NCBI GenBank assembly: GCA_036339465.1
Contig: JAYZAY010000044.1
Span: forward strand, 1 to 61,575
Source of the DNA: Myxococcota bacterium
GTDB taxonomy: Bacteria; Myxococcota; XYA12-FULL-58-9; JABJBS01
Reading direction: 5' to 3'
DNA: 61,575 nt
Positions 1 to 8,549 of this stretch are shown in pieces. The notes beneath the pieces are model-generated. The model saw nothing but the letters and a program-made list of their open reading frames with translations, was not told the DNA's origin and did no database searches. A program made the translations under genes and the position numbers. Numbering within the stretch: position 1 is the first letter of the stretch; every line of letters begins with the position of its first letter.

Positions 1-129
1 CGCCAAATGGGCCTTTTGAGACTTCATCTCAACTTCCTTCACTTGATCGGTCTGAGCCTGATTACTCGCCTCCGAAGCACCTATTTGATGGTATGATCGG
101 AATTGCCCAACCCCCAAAACATTGTCCAT
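1..129 (-). CDS. Partial hypothetical protein (N-terminus; runs off the left edge)
   Basis: ATG at 129 after a G-rich tract; frame MDNVLGVGQFRSYHQ...KAHLA stays open for 43 codons to the window edge; divergent from proB. Confidence 0.4.
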   Translation of the reverse strand, partial: MDNVLGVGQFRSYHQIGASEASNQAQTDQVKEVEMKSQKAHLA

Positions 130-416
130 TCATCCCCCCCCCAACGAGTGTGTTGATTAAAAGATTCCACTGCTGTTTGGTAGTCACTTTAGCAATAAAA
201 AAATTATCATAGGGGATAAGCCCGCACCTTTTTGACCGCCTCTTATCCTATTTTGGCATAACCATCTGTCAGCCCATTACATTACTTCGACTACACACAC
301 CTTCTTTGCCTTTCAACAACCCTGCTTTCCACACGCCCCCCCATTCACACCCGATTTCCTCGCCAATCTCCCGAGAGCATTGACTTTTCGAGTACTTCGG
401 ACACAAGATCTTTTGC

Positions 417-1559
417 ATGACTGAAATCATTGCCCAAAACATTCGGTCCAAGCTTCATGAAAGCAAGCGGCTGGTCGTGAAAATTGGCAGCGCCCTCCTC
501 TCCAGATCCGATGAAACATTTCAGGGCTTTGCAAAAAGTATCAGTGAGTTAAACAGAGCAGGTTATTCTACCTTCATTGTCTCAAGTGGCGCCATCGCCC
601 AGGGACTTAAAGTCATCGGCCAAACAGACCGCCCACAGGACGTGGTCACCCAACAAGCCCTAGCCGCCCTCGGTCAACCAGAGCTTATGGCCCAATGGCG
701 AAACGCCTTTGCGAACCACGAAAAAATGGTCGCACAGATTCTACTAACCCATGCAGACTTAGAAAGTCGTGAACGATTCATTAACGCTCGAAGAGCGATA
801 CTCGCTCTGGAAAACCGGGGTATCATTCCCATTGGCAATGAAAACGATACAACCGCCACTGAAGAAATTCGTGTTGGCGACAATGACCAATTGGCCGCAC
901 ACATCGCCAACTTGGTCTCCGCGGACCTCCTTATTTTACTGACGAGCGTGGATGGCCTACTCAAACCATCCACGACTCAAAGTTCCAATGATACCAGGGT
1001 GCCATACATTCATGATCTCCAAGAAGCTTCAAAATGGGTATTGACCGGTGAAAAATCCAACCTAGGAACAGGCGGTATGCAAACAAAACTAACTGCCGCG
1101 GAAATTGCCGCCAACCGTGGTATCCCAACTGTCATCGCCAACGGGGAAGACCTCAAAATTCTTCAAGCCATCCTTGGAGGAGAAGACGTTGGAACCCTCA
1201 TCGCTCCCACCCAGAAACTCAAAAGCCGAAAACATTGGATCGCCTATACCCTGAAGCCAAAAGGGAAAGTTGTCGTCGATGAAGGCGCCATCGAGGCACT
1301 CGTAAACGGAGGAAAATCCCTTTTGGCAACCGGTATTACCTCTGTCTGCGGCAATTTTTCTCGCGGTGCAATGGTTGAGGTCATAGGAAAAGATGGCCAA
1401 AGCTTGGCCCGTGGCTTGGTACAATACAACAGCCAAGAACTCGACCGGATCCAAGGACTCAACACAGACGAGATCGTAAAACAATTGGGCTATCTCCCCA
1501 CCCAAGAGGTGATTCATCGCGACGATTTGGTCATTATTCCCCCCCCACCCGAGCTATAA
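417..1559 (+). CDS. proB: Glutamate 5-kinase with C-terminal PUA domain
   Basis: VVKIGS, VSSGA, NENDT, GDNDQLAA, GTGGMQTK motifs; VIHRDDL C-terminus; adjacent to proA. Confidence 0.97.
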   Translation: MTEIIAQNIRSKLHESKRLVVKIGSALLSRSDETFQGFAKSISELNRAGYSTFIVSSGAIAQGLKVIGQTDRPQDVVTQQALAALGQPELMAQWRNAFANHEKMVAQILLTHADLESRERFINARRAILALENRGIIPIGNENDTTATEEIRVGDNDQLAAHIANLVSADLLILLTSVDGLLKPSTTQSSNDTRVPYIHDLQEASKWVLTGEKSNLGTGGMQTKLTAAEIAANRGIPTVIANGEDLKILQAILGGEDVGTLIAPTQKLKSRKHWIAYTLKPKGKVVVDEGAIEALVNGGKSLLATGITSVCGNFSRGAMVEVIGKDGQSLARGLVQYNSQELDRIQGLNTDEIVKQLGYLPTQEVIHRDDLVIIPPPPEL

Positions 1560-1562
1560 ATC

Positions 1563-2825
1563 ATGACGACCTCACTCAAAGAAACGATCAATAACCTTAC
1601 CCGGGCCGCTCGAGCGTGTTCACCAACGGTAGCCCGGGCTTCTGCCCACATTCGCACAAGCGCTATTAACGCCATGGCCCAAGAATTGAGACAACGAATG
1701 GACCTCGTTGTTCAAGCAAACGGCGAAGATCTGAGGCAGGCTGAAACAAACCAATTGTCCGCTGCCATGAAGGATCGGCTGCGACTCGATCAAGTAAGAA
1801 TCGAAAACCTGGCCATAGCACTTGAAAATATCGCGGCTCAACGGGATCCAGTGGGCACGAGTACCCAACACTGGACCCAAGAAAACGGGCTTGAGGTCCA
1901 TAAGGTTCGACTCCCCCTTGGAGTCATCATGATGATTTACGAGTCACGCCCCAATGTCACCTTGGATGCCGCAGCACTTTGCCTTCGAAGTGGAAATACC
2001 GTGATCCTCAGAGGGGGGAAGGAAGCTTTTCAGACCAACCAAGTCTTTGGAACACTCATTGCCGATGTCCTGAAAAGTCATGGACTCCCCGAATGTGCAG
2101 TCCAGCTCGTGCCTACCACTAACCGAGCCGCCGTACCTCTACTTCTCCAAGCATCGGATCATATTGACCTAGTCATCCCGAGAGGGGGAGAAAGCCTAAT
2201 TCGTAATGTCGTGGCACAAAGTAGGATCCCTGTGGTTCAACACTACCAAGGTATTTGTCATGTCTACATCGACGGTGAGGCAGATCCAGTCAAAGCCAAA
2301 GCAATTGCTTACAACGCTAAAGTCCAACGACCTGGTGTTTGTAATGCTATGGAAACATTGCTTATCGACAAGGCAATCGCCGAAACCATCCTGCCCGAAA
2401 TCGTCGCGGAACTTGAAGATGCCGGGGTTGAAATTAGGGCATGTTTGGAATCACTCCAAATAGCGCCCAACTTAAATCAGGCATCTGAATCGGACTGGGA
2501 TACTGAGTTTCTTGATCTCGTGTTGGCAATTCGACTTGTAGGCGGATTGGAAGGAGCCATTGCTCACATCGATCGGCATGGCTCAAATCACACCGCAAGT
2601 ATCGTCACCGAAAACCTGGTACGAGCCGAACAATTCCTTATGGAGGTGGACGCAAGCTGTGTTCTTCACAATGCCTCAACGCGTTTTAATGATGGTGGAG
2701 AACTTGGCCTAGGCGCTGAAATGGGAATCAGCACAACCCGGATTCACGCCTACGGCCCCATGGGAGTCGATGCTCTAACGGCTGAAAAGTTTGTGGTTCG
2801 GGGCAAAGGTCATATTCGGACCTAA
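1563..2825 (+). CDS. proA: Gamma-glutamyl phosphate reductase
   Basis: IYESRPNVT, PRGG, CNAMETLL, NASTRF, GAEMGIST, GPMG motifs. Confidence 0.97.
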   Translation: MTTSLKETINNLTRAARACSPTVARASAHIRTSAINAMAQELRQRMDLVVQANGEDLRQAETNQLSAAMKDRLRLDQVRIENLAIALENIAAQRDPVGTSTQHWTQENGLEVHKVRLPLGVIMMIYESRPNVTLDAAALCLRSGNTVILRGGKEAFQTNQVFGTLIADVLKSHGLPECAVQLVPTTNRAAVPLLLQASDHIDLVIPRGGESLIRNVVAQSRIPVVQHYQGICHVYIDGEADPVKAKAIAYNAKVQRPGVCNAMETLLIDKAIAETILPEIVAELEDAGVEIRACLESLQIAPNLNQASESDWDTEFLDLVLAIRLVGGLEGAIAHIDRHGSNHTASIVTENLVRAEQFLMEVDASCVLHNASTRFNDGGELGLGAEMGISTTRIHAYGPMGVDALTAEKFVVRGKGHIRT

Positions 2826-2844
2826 TTACCCTCTCAGAATATCC

Positions 2845-4284
2845 TCAAACATTCACACAAATATTCTGCGGCTCGCTATAAAATGAAAGAGAATAAGCCC
2901 CACCTTCTCGGCCCATACCACTTTCTTTAACCCCGCCAAAAGGTGTTCGTAAATCTCTCATGAGCCAAGTATTGATCCAAACCATACCCGCCTCAAGACT
3001 CTGAGCAAATCTGTGCGCCCTGGCCAAATCTCGAGTCCAAATCGAAGCCGACAGTCCATACTGAACGTCGTTGGCCAAGGCCAAAGCTTCCGCTTCCCCC
3101 TTAAAGGGATGTAGCGTCACCACTGGCCCAAAGATTTCCTGTTGCACAACCTCACAACCGTGGTCCAATCCCACAATCACCGTAGGCTCATAAAAAGCAC
3201 CGTCCTTATGGGGCGCTTCCAAACGAGGAGACTTCCCCCCCACCAAAACAGTGCCCCCTAAAGCCCTCGCCTTTTCTACGAATCGCGATACCTTGTCTCG
3301 ATGCTCCAGTGAAATCAACGCCCCCACCTGGGTTTCCCAATCCCCTGGATCTCCAACCTTCATGGCCTTAACCTTCGCCACAAAGGCATCCACAAAATTA
3401 TCCCAAATCGACTCATCGATTAGAAGACGTGACCCACAGAGACAAACCTGCCCCTGATTAGCAAAACCAGCACGAACAGCACCATCCACAGCGGTTTCGA
3501 AATCCGCATCCCCAAAAACAACCGTGGGATTTTTCCCGCCCAATTCCAAACTGAGCTTCTTAAATTTAGGGGCGGCGCATGCTGCTACGCGCCCCCCCGT
3601 CTTCGTACCCCCCGTAAAAGAGATCGCCGCGATCCCGTCGTGGTTTACCAGCGGTTCACCTACTTCATTTCCAAGACCATGGATCAGATTGTAGAGCCCA
3701 GGTGTAGGACTCAGTTTGTTGATAACCTCCCCCAAAAGGGTCGCAGTCGTAGGCGTCATTTCACTGGGTTTCGCCACAATCGCATTTCCCATGGCAAGGG
3801 CAGGCGCCACTTTCCAAGTCATCAAATAAAGTGGCAAATTCCAAGGAGTGATAAGCCCCACAACCCCCAAGGGCTTACGGATCGTATAATTCAACCCCGC
3901 TTGCCCATGAAAAGCCTCTCCTTTCTCCTGCCTGATAGCACCGGCAAAAAACCTAAAATTTGAAATAGCCCGGGGAATATCCAAAGTTGATGCCAGGCTA
4001 ATGGGTTTACCGGTATCTCGGCTCTCGGCCTCCGCAAACTCATCCAGACGAATATTGATCTCATCTCCGATGGCCTCAAGAAAATCAGCCCTTTCCCTCA
4101 CATCGGTTACCCGCCACAGCTTAAAAGCAGCCCCTGCAGCATCCACCGCACGATCCACGTCGGGGCCATTGGATCTCGGAATCGTTGAAATCACCTCTTG
4201 ATTGGCGGGATTGATATTTTCCAACACCTCTCCCCCTAAGGCAGGCGTAAATTCTCCTCCAATAAGATTACTCAACTTCAACAT
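2845..4284 (-). CDS. Aldehyde dehydrogenase, 2-amino/2-hydroxymuconate-semialdehyde dehydrogenase (ALDH8-like) type
   Basis: ITPWNLPLYL, FTGGT, LELGGKNP, GQVCLCGSR, EIFGPV, RDLRTPFGG. Confidence 0.88.
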   Translation of the reverse strand: MLKLSNLIGGEFTPALGGEVLENINPANQEVISTIPRSNGPDVDRAVDAAGAAFKLWRVTDVRERADFLEAIGDEINIRLDEFAEAESRDTGKPISLASTLDIPRAISNFRFFAGAIRQEKGEAFHGQAGLNYTIRKPLGVVGLITPWNLPLYLMTWKVAPALAMGNAIVAKPSEMTPTTATLLGEVINKLSPTPGLYNLIHGLGNEVGEPLVNHDGIAAISFTGGTKTGGRVAACAAPKFKKLSLELGGKNPTVVFGDADFETAVDGAVRAGFANQGQVCLCGSRLLIDESIWDNFVDAFVAKVKAMKVGDPGDWETQVGALISLEHRDKVSRFVEKARALGGTVLVGGKSPRLEAPHKDGAFYEPTVIVGLDHGCEVVQQEIFGPVVTLHPFKGEAEALALANDVQYGLSASIWTRDLARAHRFAQSLEAGMVWINTWLMRDLRTPFGGVKESGMGREGGAYSLSFYSEPQNICVNV

Positions 4285-4436
4285 GTTATTTTCCTCGGCC
4301 GCTTGCGAATTCGAAACTTCGACATCCTAGCGTTGTCACCGGTCACCGGCAACCCGTTGTCCAAAATGTTGGACGAAATGCCGTTGGATTCTGGTGTTTA
4401 TTGGGGCATCAAGACATCTGATTTCAAAGGAAACAC

Positions 4437-5093
4437 ATGGCCCATTTAGAATTCACAAATCCCCACCTCGAACTCGGAGATGGGGCTAAAATTTCTTACT
4501 ATCCCAATTTTATTTCCACCACCGAAGCCTCTTACCTTTTTGAGAGAATCCACAGTGAGGAAACTTGGGAGCACCGCGCCATCCAAGTTTTTGGACGAGA
4601 AGTGTTGCAACCAAGGCTCATATCATGGGGGGGAAATATTCCCTATCGCTATTCCGGCCAGGTTCTCCCCCCACGTAAATTAAGTCCACAGCTGAAGGAA
4701 CTTAAGGCACACATTGAGAATCAAACAGACACAGTGTTTAACCACGTTTTGCTGAATTACTACCGAAACGGGTCGGACAACATGGGAATGCACTCAGACA
4801 ATGAACCGGAACTCGGTAAAAATCCCGTTATTGCGGCGCTTTCCCTGGGTGCTCCCCGCAGATTTCAGCTAAAAAGAAAAGCCGCAAAGAAAGGTGAAGC
4901 GCCCAGCACCATCATTCTCGATCATGGTAGCCTCCTGGTTATGGGGGGCAATACCCAGCATACCTGGCGCCATGGTGTGCCCAAAGCGGGGCGCCTTGTG
5001 GAGCCGAGAATCAATGTTACATTTCGACAGCTACTTCGGCCGCCCCCTGATTCTACACATTCTGGCTCGCCAAAGATCCCTCCCCCCCCATGA
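4437..5093 (+). CDS. AlkB-family 2OG-Fe(II) dioxygenase (ALKBH2/3-like)
   Basis: LLNYYRNG, HSD...H iron triad, RINVTFR. Confidence 0.9.
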   Translation: MAHLEFTNPHLELGDGAKISYYPNFISTTEASYLFERIHSEETWEHRAIQVFGREVLQPRLISWGGNIPYRYSGQVLPPRKLSPQLKELKAHIENQTDTVFNHVLLNYYRNGSDNMGMHSDNEPELGKNPVIAALSLGAPRRFQLKRKAAKKGEAPSTIILDHGSLLVMGGNTQHTWRHGVPKAGRLVEPRINVTFRQLLRPPPDSTHSGSPKIPPPP

Positions 5094-5341
5094 GGTGAGC
5101 ATAAAAACCGTGATTTACCCTTGAAATAATGAATACATTCACTTGACCTAAAGTAAATTCTCAGCGAGACATTCACTACAACGGCGCCGCTGTCCGAAAT
5201 CTGGTCATTAACTTATCATGTCCGAAGGATGGCAGAGCCACGACTAGTTAAAAGAGGTTCTTCTAACGAAGAACAAGAAACACGTCGGTCCTCAGGTAAC
5301 ACCATTTTGTGTGCACGGGAGACCGGGAAGAGATAAAGAGA

Positions 5342-5689
5342 ATGTCAAAGAAACTGTATGTAGGTGGAATTAGCTGGGGAACAACTGACGAAGGTTTGCG
5401 AGCGGCTTTTGAGGAATTTGGAGAAATCACGGAAAGCAAAGTGATTACGGACCGCGACACTGGCCGTAGCCGAGGGTTTGGTTTCGTTACTTTCAGCAGT
5501 CCAGCGGATGCAGACAATGCAATCGATCAGATGAATGGTGCTGAACTCGACGGACGTAGCCTAAAGGTTAATGAAGCTCAGGATCGTCCTCGCGGCGGCG
5601 GCGGCGGCGGTGGACGCGGTGGACGCGGCGGCGGCGGCGGCGGCGGTAACCGTGGTGGCGGACGTGATGACTACAATTCACGATGGTAG
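5342..5689 (+). CDS. RRM RNA-binding protein with Gly/RGG-rich tail
   Basis: RNP2 LYVGGI, RNP1 RGFGFVTF; start placed at ATG 5342 (MSKKL). Confidence 0.95.
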   Translation: MSKKLYVGGISWGTTDEGLRAAFEEFGEITESKVITDRDTGRSRGFGFVTFSSPADADNAIDQMNGAELDGRSLKVNEAQDRPRGGGGGGGRGGRGGGGGGGNRGGGRDDYNSRW

Positions 5690-5714
5690 TCAATCAGTAG
5701 AATAATCATAAATC

Positions 5715-5737
5715 AGGACGCTACGGCGTCCTTTTTT
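5715..5737 (+). terminator. Intrinsic terminator after the RRM gene
   Basis: AGGACGC-TACG-GCGTCCT stem-loop followed by a T run. Confidence 0.85.
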
Positions 5738-5828
5738 ATGTGGAAAGGGTAGGAACTCGGCCGTCGTCGAAGACGACCGGGAGTGTAGGTCTCATCAGGA
5801 CGATTTTAGCGCGGCCTACCTAACTTGC

Positions 5829-5962
5829 TGGTTAGATGCCAATGGTTGGATGCCAATGGTTAGATGCCAATGGTTGGATGCCAATGGTTAGATGCCAATG
5901 GTTAGATGCCAATGGTTAGATGCCAATGGTTAGATGCCAATGGTTAGATGCCAATGGTTAGA
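5829..5962. repeat. 14-bp tandem repeat TGGTTRGATGCCAA, 9 full copies plus a partial
   Basis: Read directly; copies 2 and 4 carry A>G; the final partial copy contains the ahpC stop codon. Confidence 0.97.
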
Positions 5963-6581
5963 GTTTGCCTGCATTTTCCGTAAGATACGAAGCAACACCT
6001 GAGGCGGTCGTGGTCATACCCGCATCACCCTTGTTCCAACCCGCAGGACAGACCTGACCATTTTCTTCGAAGAATTGTAAGGCTTCGACAATTCGAACCA
6101 CCTCATCCATATTTCTTCCGAGGGGCTCATCATTCACCACTTGATGACGAACAAAGCCTTTTTGGTCGATCACGAAGGTCGCCCGCATGGCGACTCCGGC
6201 TGGATAATAAGAGTCACCGCCATCGGACTCGATTCCATAGGCCTTTGCAATCTTGTGGTCCATATCCGCCGCGAGGGTGTACTTAACAGGGCCAATGCCA
6301 CCGTTATTCACATCAGTGTTTCGCCATGCATTGTGTGTATGATGAGAATCAATTGATACCCCAATCACTTCAACGCCCAAGTCTTTGAATTTATCCACCC
6401 GGTGATCCATAGCAATCAGCTCAGAAGGACATACAAAAGTAAAGTCCAGTGGGTAAAAGAAGACCACCGCATACTTACCTTCAATCTCCTTTGATAAACT
6501 GAACTCTCCGGTGATGGTGCCATCACCAAGCACTGCATGTGTGTTAAAGTCCGGTGCCTTCTTGCCAACTAAAATCGTCAT
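5958..6581 (-). CDS. ahpC: Typical 2-Cys peroxiredoxin (AhpC/TsaA)
   Basis: FYPLDFTFVCP and VCPAGW motifs; GRNMDE; start at MTILVGK after GGAG. Confidence 0.95.
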   Translation of the reverse strand: MTILVGKKAPDFNTHAVLGDGTITGEFSLSKEIEGKYAVVFFYPLDFTFVCPSELIAMDHRVDKFKDLGVEVIGVSIDSHHTHNAWRNTDVNNGGIGPVKYTLAADMDHKIAKAYGIESDGGDSYYPAGVAMRATFVIDQKGFVRHQVVNDEPLGRNMDEVVRIVEALQFFEENGQVCPAGWNKGDAGMTTTASGVASYLTENAGKL

Positions 6582-6773
6582 TTTTCTTTCTCCATACATG
6601 GGACATTTGCGTCAGACTTAAACGAATCCAAGTTACCTGACCACGAAAAAGGGGCCCTATATCATCCACCGAGCCCCGCCTAAACCGCTGCGAAAATATA
6701 CATTTCTAATCTGAAATCAAGTCCAATAACTCGAACATGCGCATAGATTCACTTGAAAATTGGCAGTAGGTCC

Positions 6774-7625
6774 CTAAGAGATAGAGTCCGAGCTGAGCTG
6801 CTGATAGACAGCTTCCCAAACCTGGGGTTTCAATAAGAAGCCCAAATGGGTGCAACCAGGGCAGGCAATATTTTTTACCCCTGAAACACACGCGCTCTCT
6901 GGGGGCAGTAAAACCATATCCTGGGGTGTCCAAAAACATGTCAACGTCGGAAAATTCTCGTTAGAAGCCCAAGGCAGCTGCCGATTCAATCCATTGAGAA
7001 GATGGGAGTTGGGACGAAGGCTCTGGGCCTTCTTCGTATGGAGATAACGGGCCAATTCAGTCCCTGAATGCGGGGTTGCCAGGGTAATTAGATGATTAAT
7101 TTTCCCTGCAAATTCTGGTGTTTCTAAAGCCACACGTGCCAAGATCCCCCCCATGCTATGGGCCACAATGTCGATGGGCCTTTCCATGGAGAATACGTTC
7201 TCCTCCAACACCGTTTTCACGATGCGACGAAGCTCCCAAGCCATCACTTCCATAGAGGATTTATCTTCAAATCCCAAAGACAATACCCTTTTACGGCCCA
7301 GACACCGGAAGTAAGTCTCCATGGGAATAAAATTTCCTCGGTGTCCACCAAAGCCATGAATGAAAATCACCGCTCGATATCTGTCATCTATAAGTTTCAA
7401 GGAAGGGGTTTTCCCGCTTGCCAGTAAAGTCCCCCCCAACAAAGGCACTTCCGCAAGATGCCTTCTCAACGCGGGGTCTACGGCGTGATACGCCCGATTT
7501 AACCATCGACCAAATCGTTTGAGTCCCTCGGTCAAAGAGGCCCGAGAATGCTCAATTCGCTCTAGAGCTACGGCAGAAGGCTGAGCCTTCGGAAAATAAA
7601 CCATGGAGCTATTTCCCATCAACAC
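6774..7625 (-). CDS. Alpha/beta-hydrolase (lipase/esterase, PGAP1-like)
   Basis: FIHGF oxyanion motif, AHSMGG nucleophile elbow, TLATPHSGT, D and H near the C-terminus. Confidence 0.85.
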   Translation of the reverse strand: MLMGNSSMVYFPKAQPSAVALERIEHSRASLTEGLKRFGRWLNRAYHAVDPALRRHLAEVPLLGGTLLASGKTPSLKLIDDRYRAVIFIHGFGGHRGNFIPMETYFRCLGRKRVLSLGFEDKSSMEVMAWELRRIVKTVLEENVFSMERPIDIVAHSMGGILARVALETPEFAGKINHLITLATPHSGTELARYLHTKKAQSLRPNSHLLNGLNRQLPWASNENFPTLTCFWTPQDMVLLPPESACVSGVKNIACPGCTHLGFLLKPQVWEAVYQQLSSDSIS

Positions 7626-8058
7626 TATCGTCAGGCGACGGTAGGCTAGCCAAACACTTCAAGCACAAAACAGAGCCTTGAGAGATGCCCCCAGAGCTTA
7701 TACCCAGGGCTCCTTTTTCTCCCCGAGGTAGAATCTCATTACAACAAGTGCAGATCGCATTTAGATTTAGGGTGACTTCCTGCCAACCCAATATCGCCTC
7801 AGAAGCAGAGCGGGTCGGCTGACAACTCAGGGGCCTCGAATGCCCGTGGGTCAAGTCCCGAGCAGATCCCGCTACTCTGGCACTGTCGGCCACAATATTT
7901 TCAACTAAATCAACGGTATTACCCAAGACATTTCGTACTAGATTAGACACCGAAATACCCAATTCAGAAGCTCTGTCTTTGAGATCTCGCTCCAAAGCCG
8001 CCGAAACCCGAGTATGCAATACCTTTTCTTTTTTCTTCGGGGACTGACCTTCGTCCAT
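7609..8058 (-). CDS. Putative ribbon-helix-helix regulator with C-terminal CxxC...CxxC domain
   Basis: VLHTRVSAALERDLKDRASELGISVSNLVRNVL fits the RHH pattern; CTCC and CLKC pairs; GGGAGGG RBS. Confidence 0.65.
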   Translation of the reverse strand: MDEGQSPKKKEKVLHTRVSAALERDLKDRASELGISVSNLVRNVLGNTVDLVENIVADSARVAGSARDLTHGHSRPLSCQPTRSASEAILGWQEVTLNLNAICTCCNEILPRGEKGALGISSGGISQGSVLCLKCLASLPSPDDSVDGK

Positions 8059-8081
8059 AGCCTACCCTCCCTACCACTACT

Positions 8082-8123
8082 TGTCACACATCGTGTAATA
8101 CATGGTATCCATCTTGTAACACA
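8082..8123. promoter_or_regulatory. Three TGT-N3-ACA boxes (candidate operator)
   Basis: TGTCACACA 8082-8090, TGTAATACA 8094-8102, TGTAACACA 8115-8123, just upstream of the RHH gene. Confidence 0.5.
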
Positions 8124-8549
8124 AACAGTCAAGATAGTGCGTAGTTTCCTCTCCCCACGCAACCCCATTGCTAGAGTCGTTGCGCCCAAAAAAATAGGAC
8201 GACCGTCATTCCCATCCAGTCGGTTCAAAAGGAACTCTAAAACCGACAGATATTATCCTGCGCAACCTTGATATCCCTAAAGCCGCAGGATCGAGAGTCA
8301 GATGCCCTGTGAACAACCCCTTAGACACACCCTCATTATTCGACCCTTGAACCTCGATCAAAAACGCCAAGGCTCCAAACTTGTCCCCACCTTCAATACC
8401 CGAACCATCAAATATCGGTCAGCAATGCACTTCAATCTCAGGGCCAAAACGACTCCCAATCATATTGCGAAAGGAGAAGTCTAAGGAGTTGACCCGAAGC
8501 CTTGAGCCAGGCATATCTCGCCGACGTTTGAATTTGGAGAAAAAGAGCA

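Noticed and set aside
5590..5665. GGC-rich repeat as an independent element
   Set aside because: Encodes the ordinary Gly/RGG tail of the RRM protein.
5760..5820. Hammerhead ribozyme on the minus strand (CTGATGAG present)
   Set aside because: No correctly placed GAAA core segment after a stem II.
5829..5962. CRISPR array
   Set aside because: Units are 14 bp, head-to-tail with no unique spacers, and there are no cas genes in the window.
8130..8549. T-box leader upstream of ileS
   Set aside because: No TGGNACCGCG T-box motif or terminator/antiterminator found.
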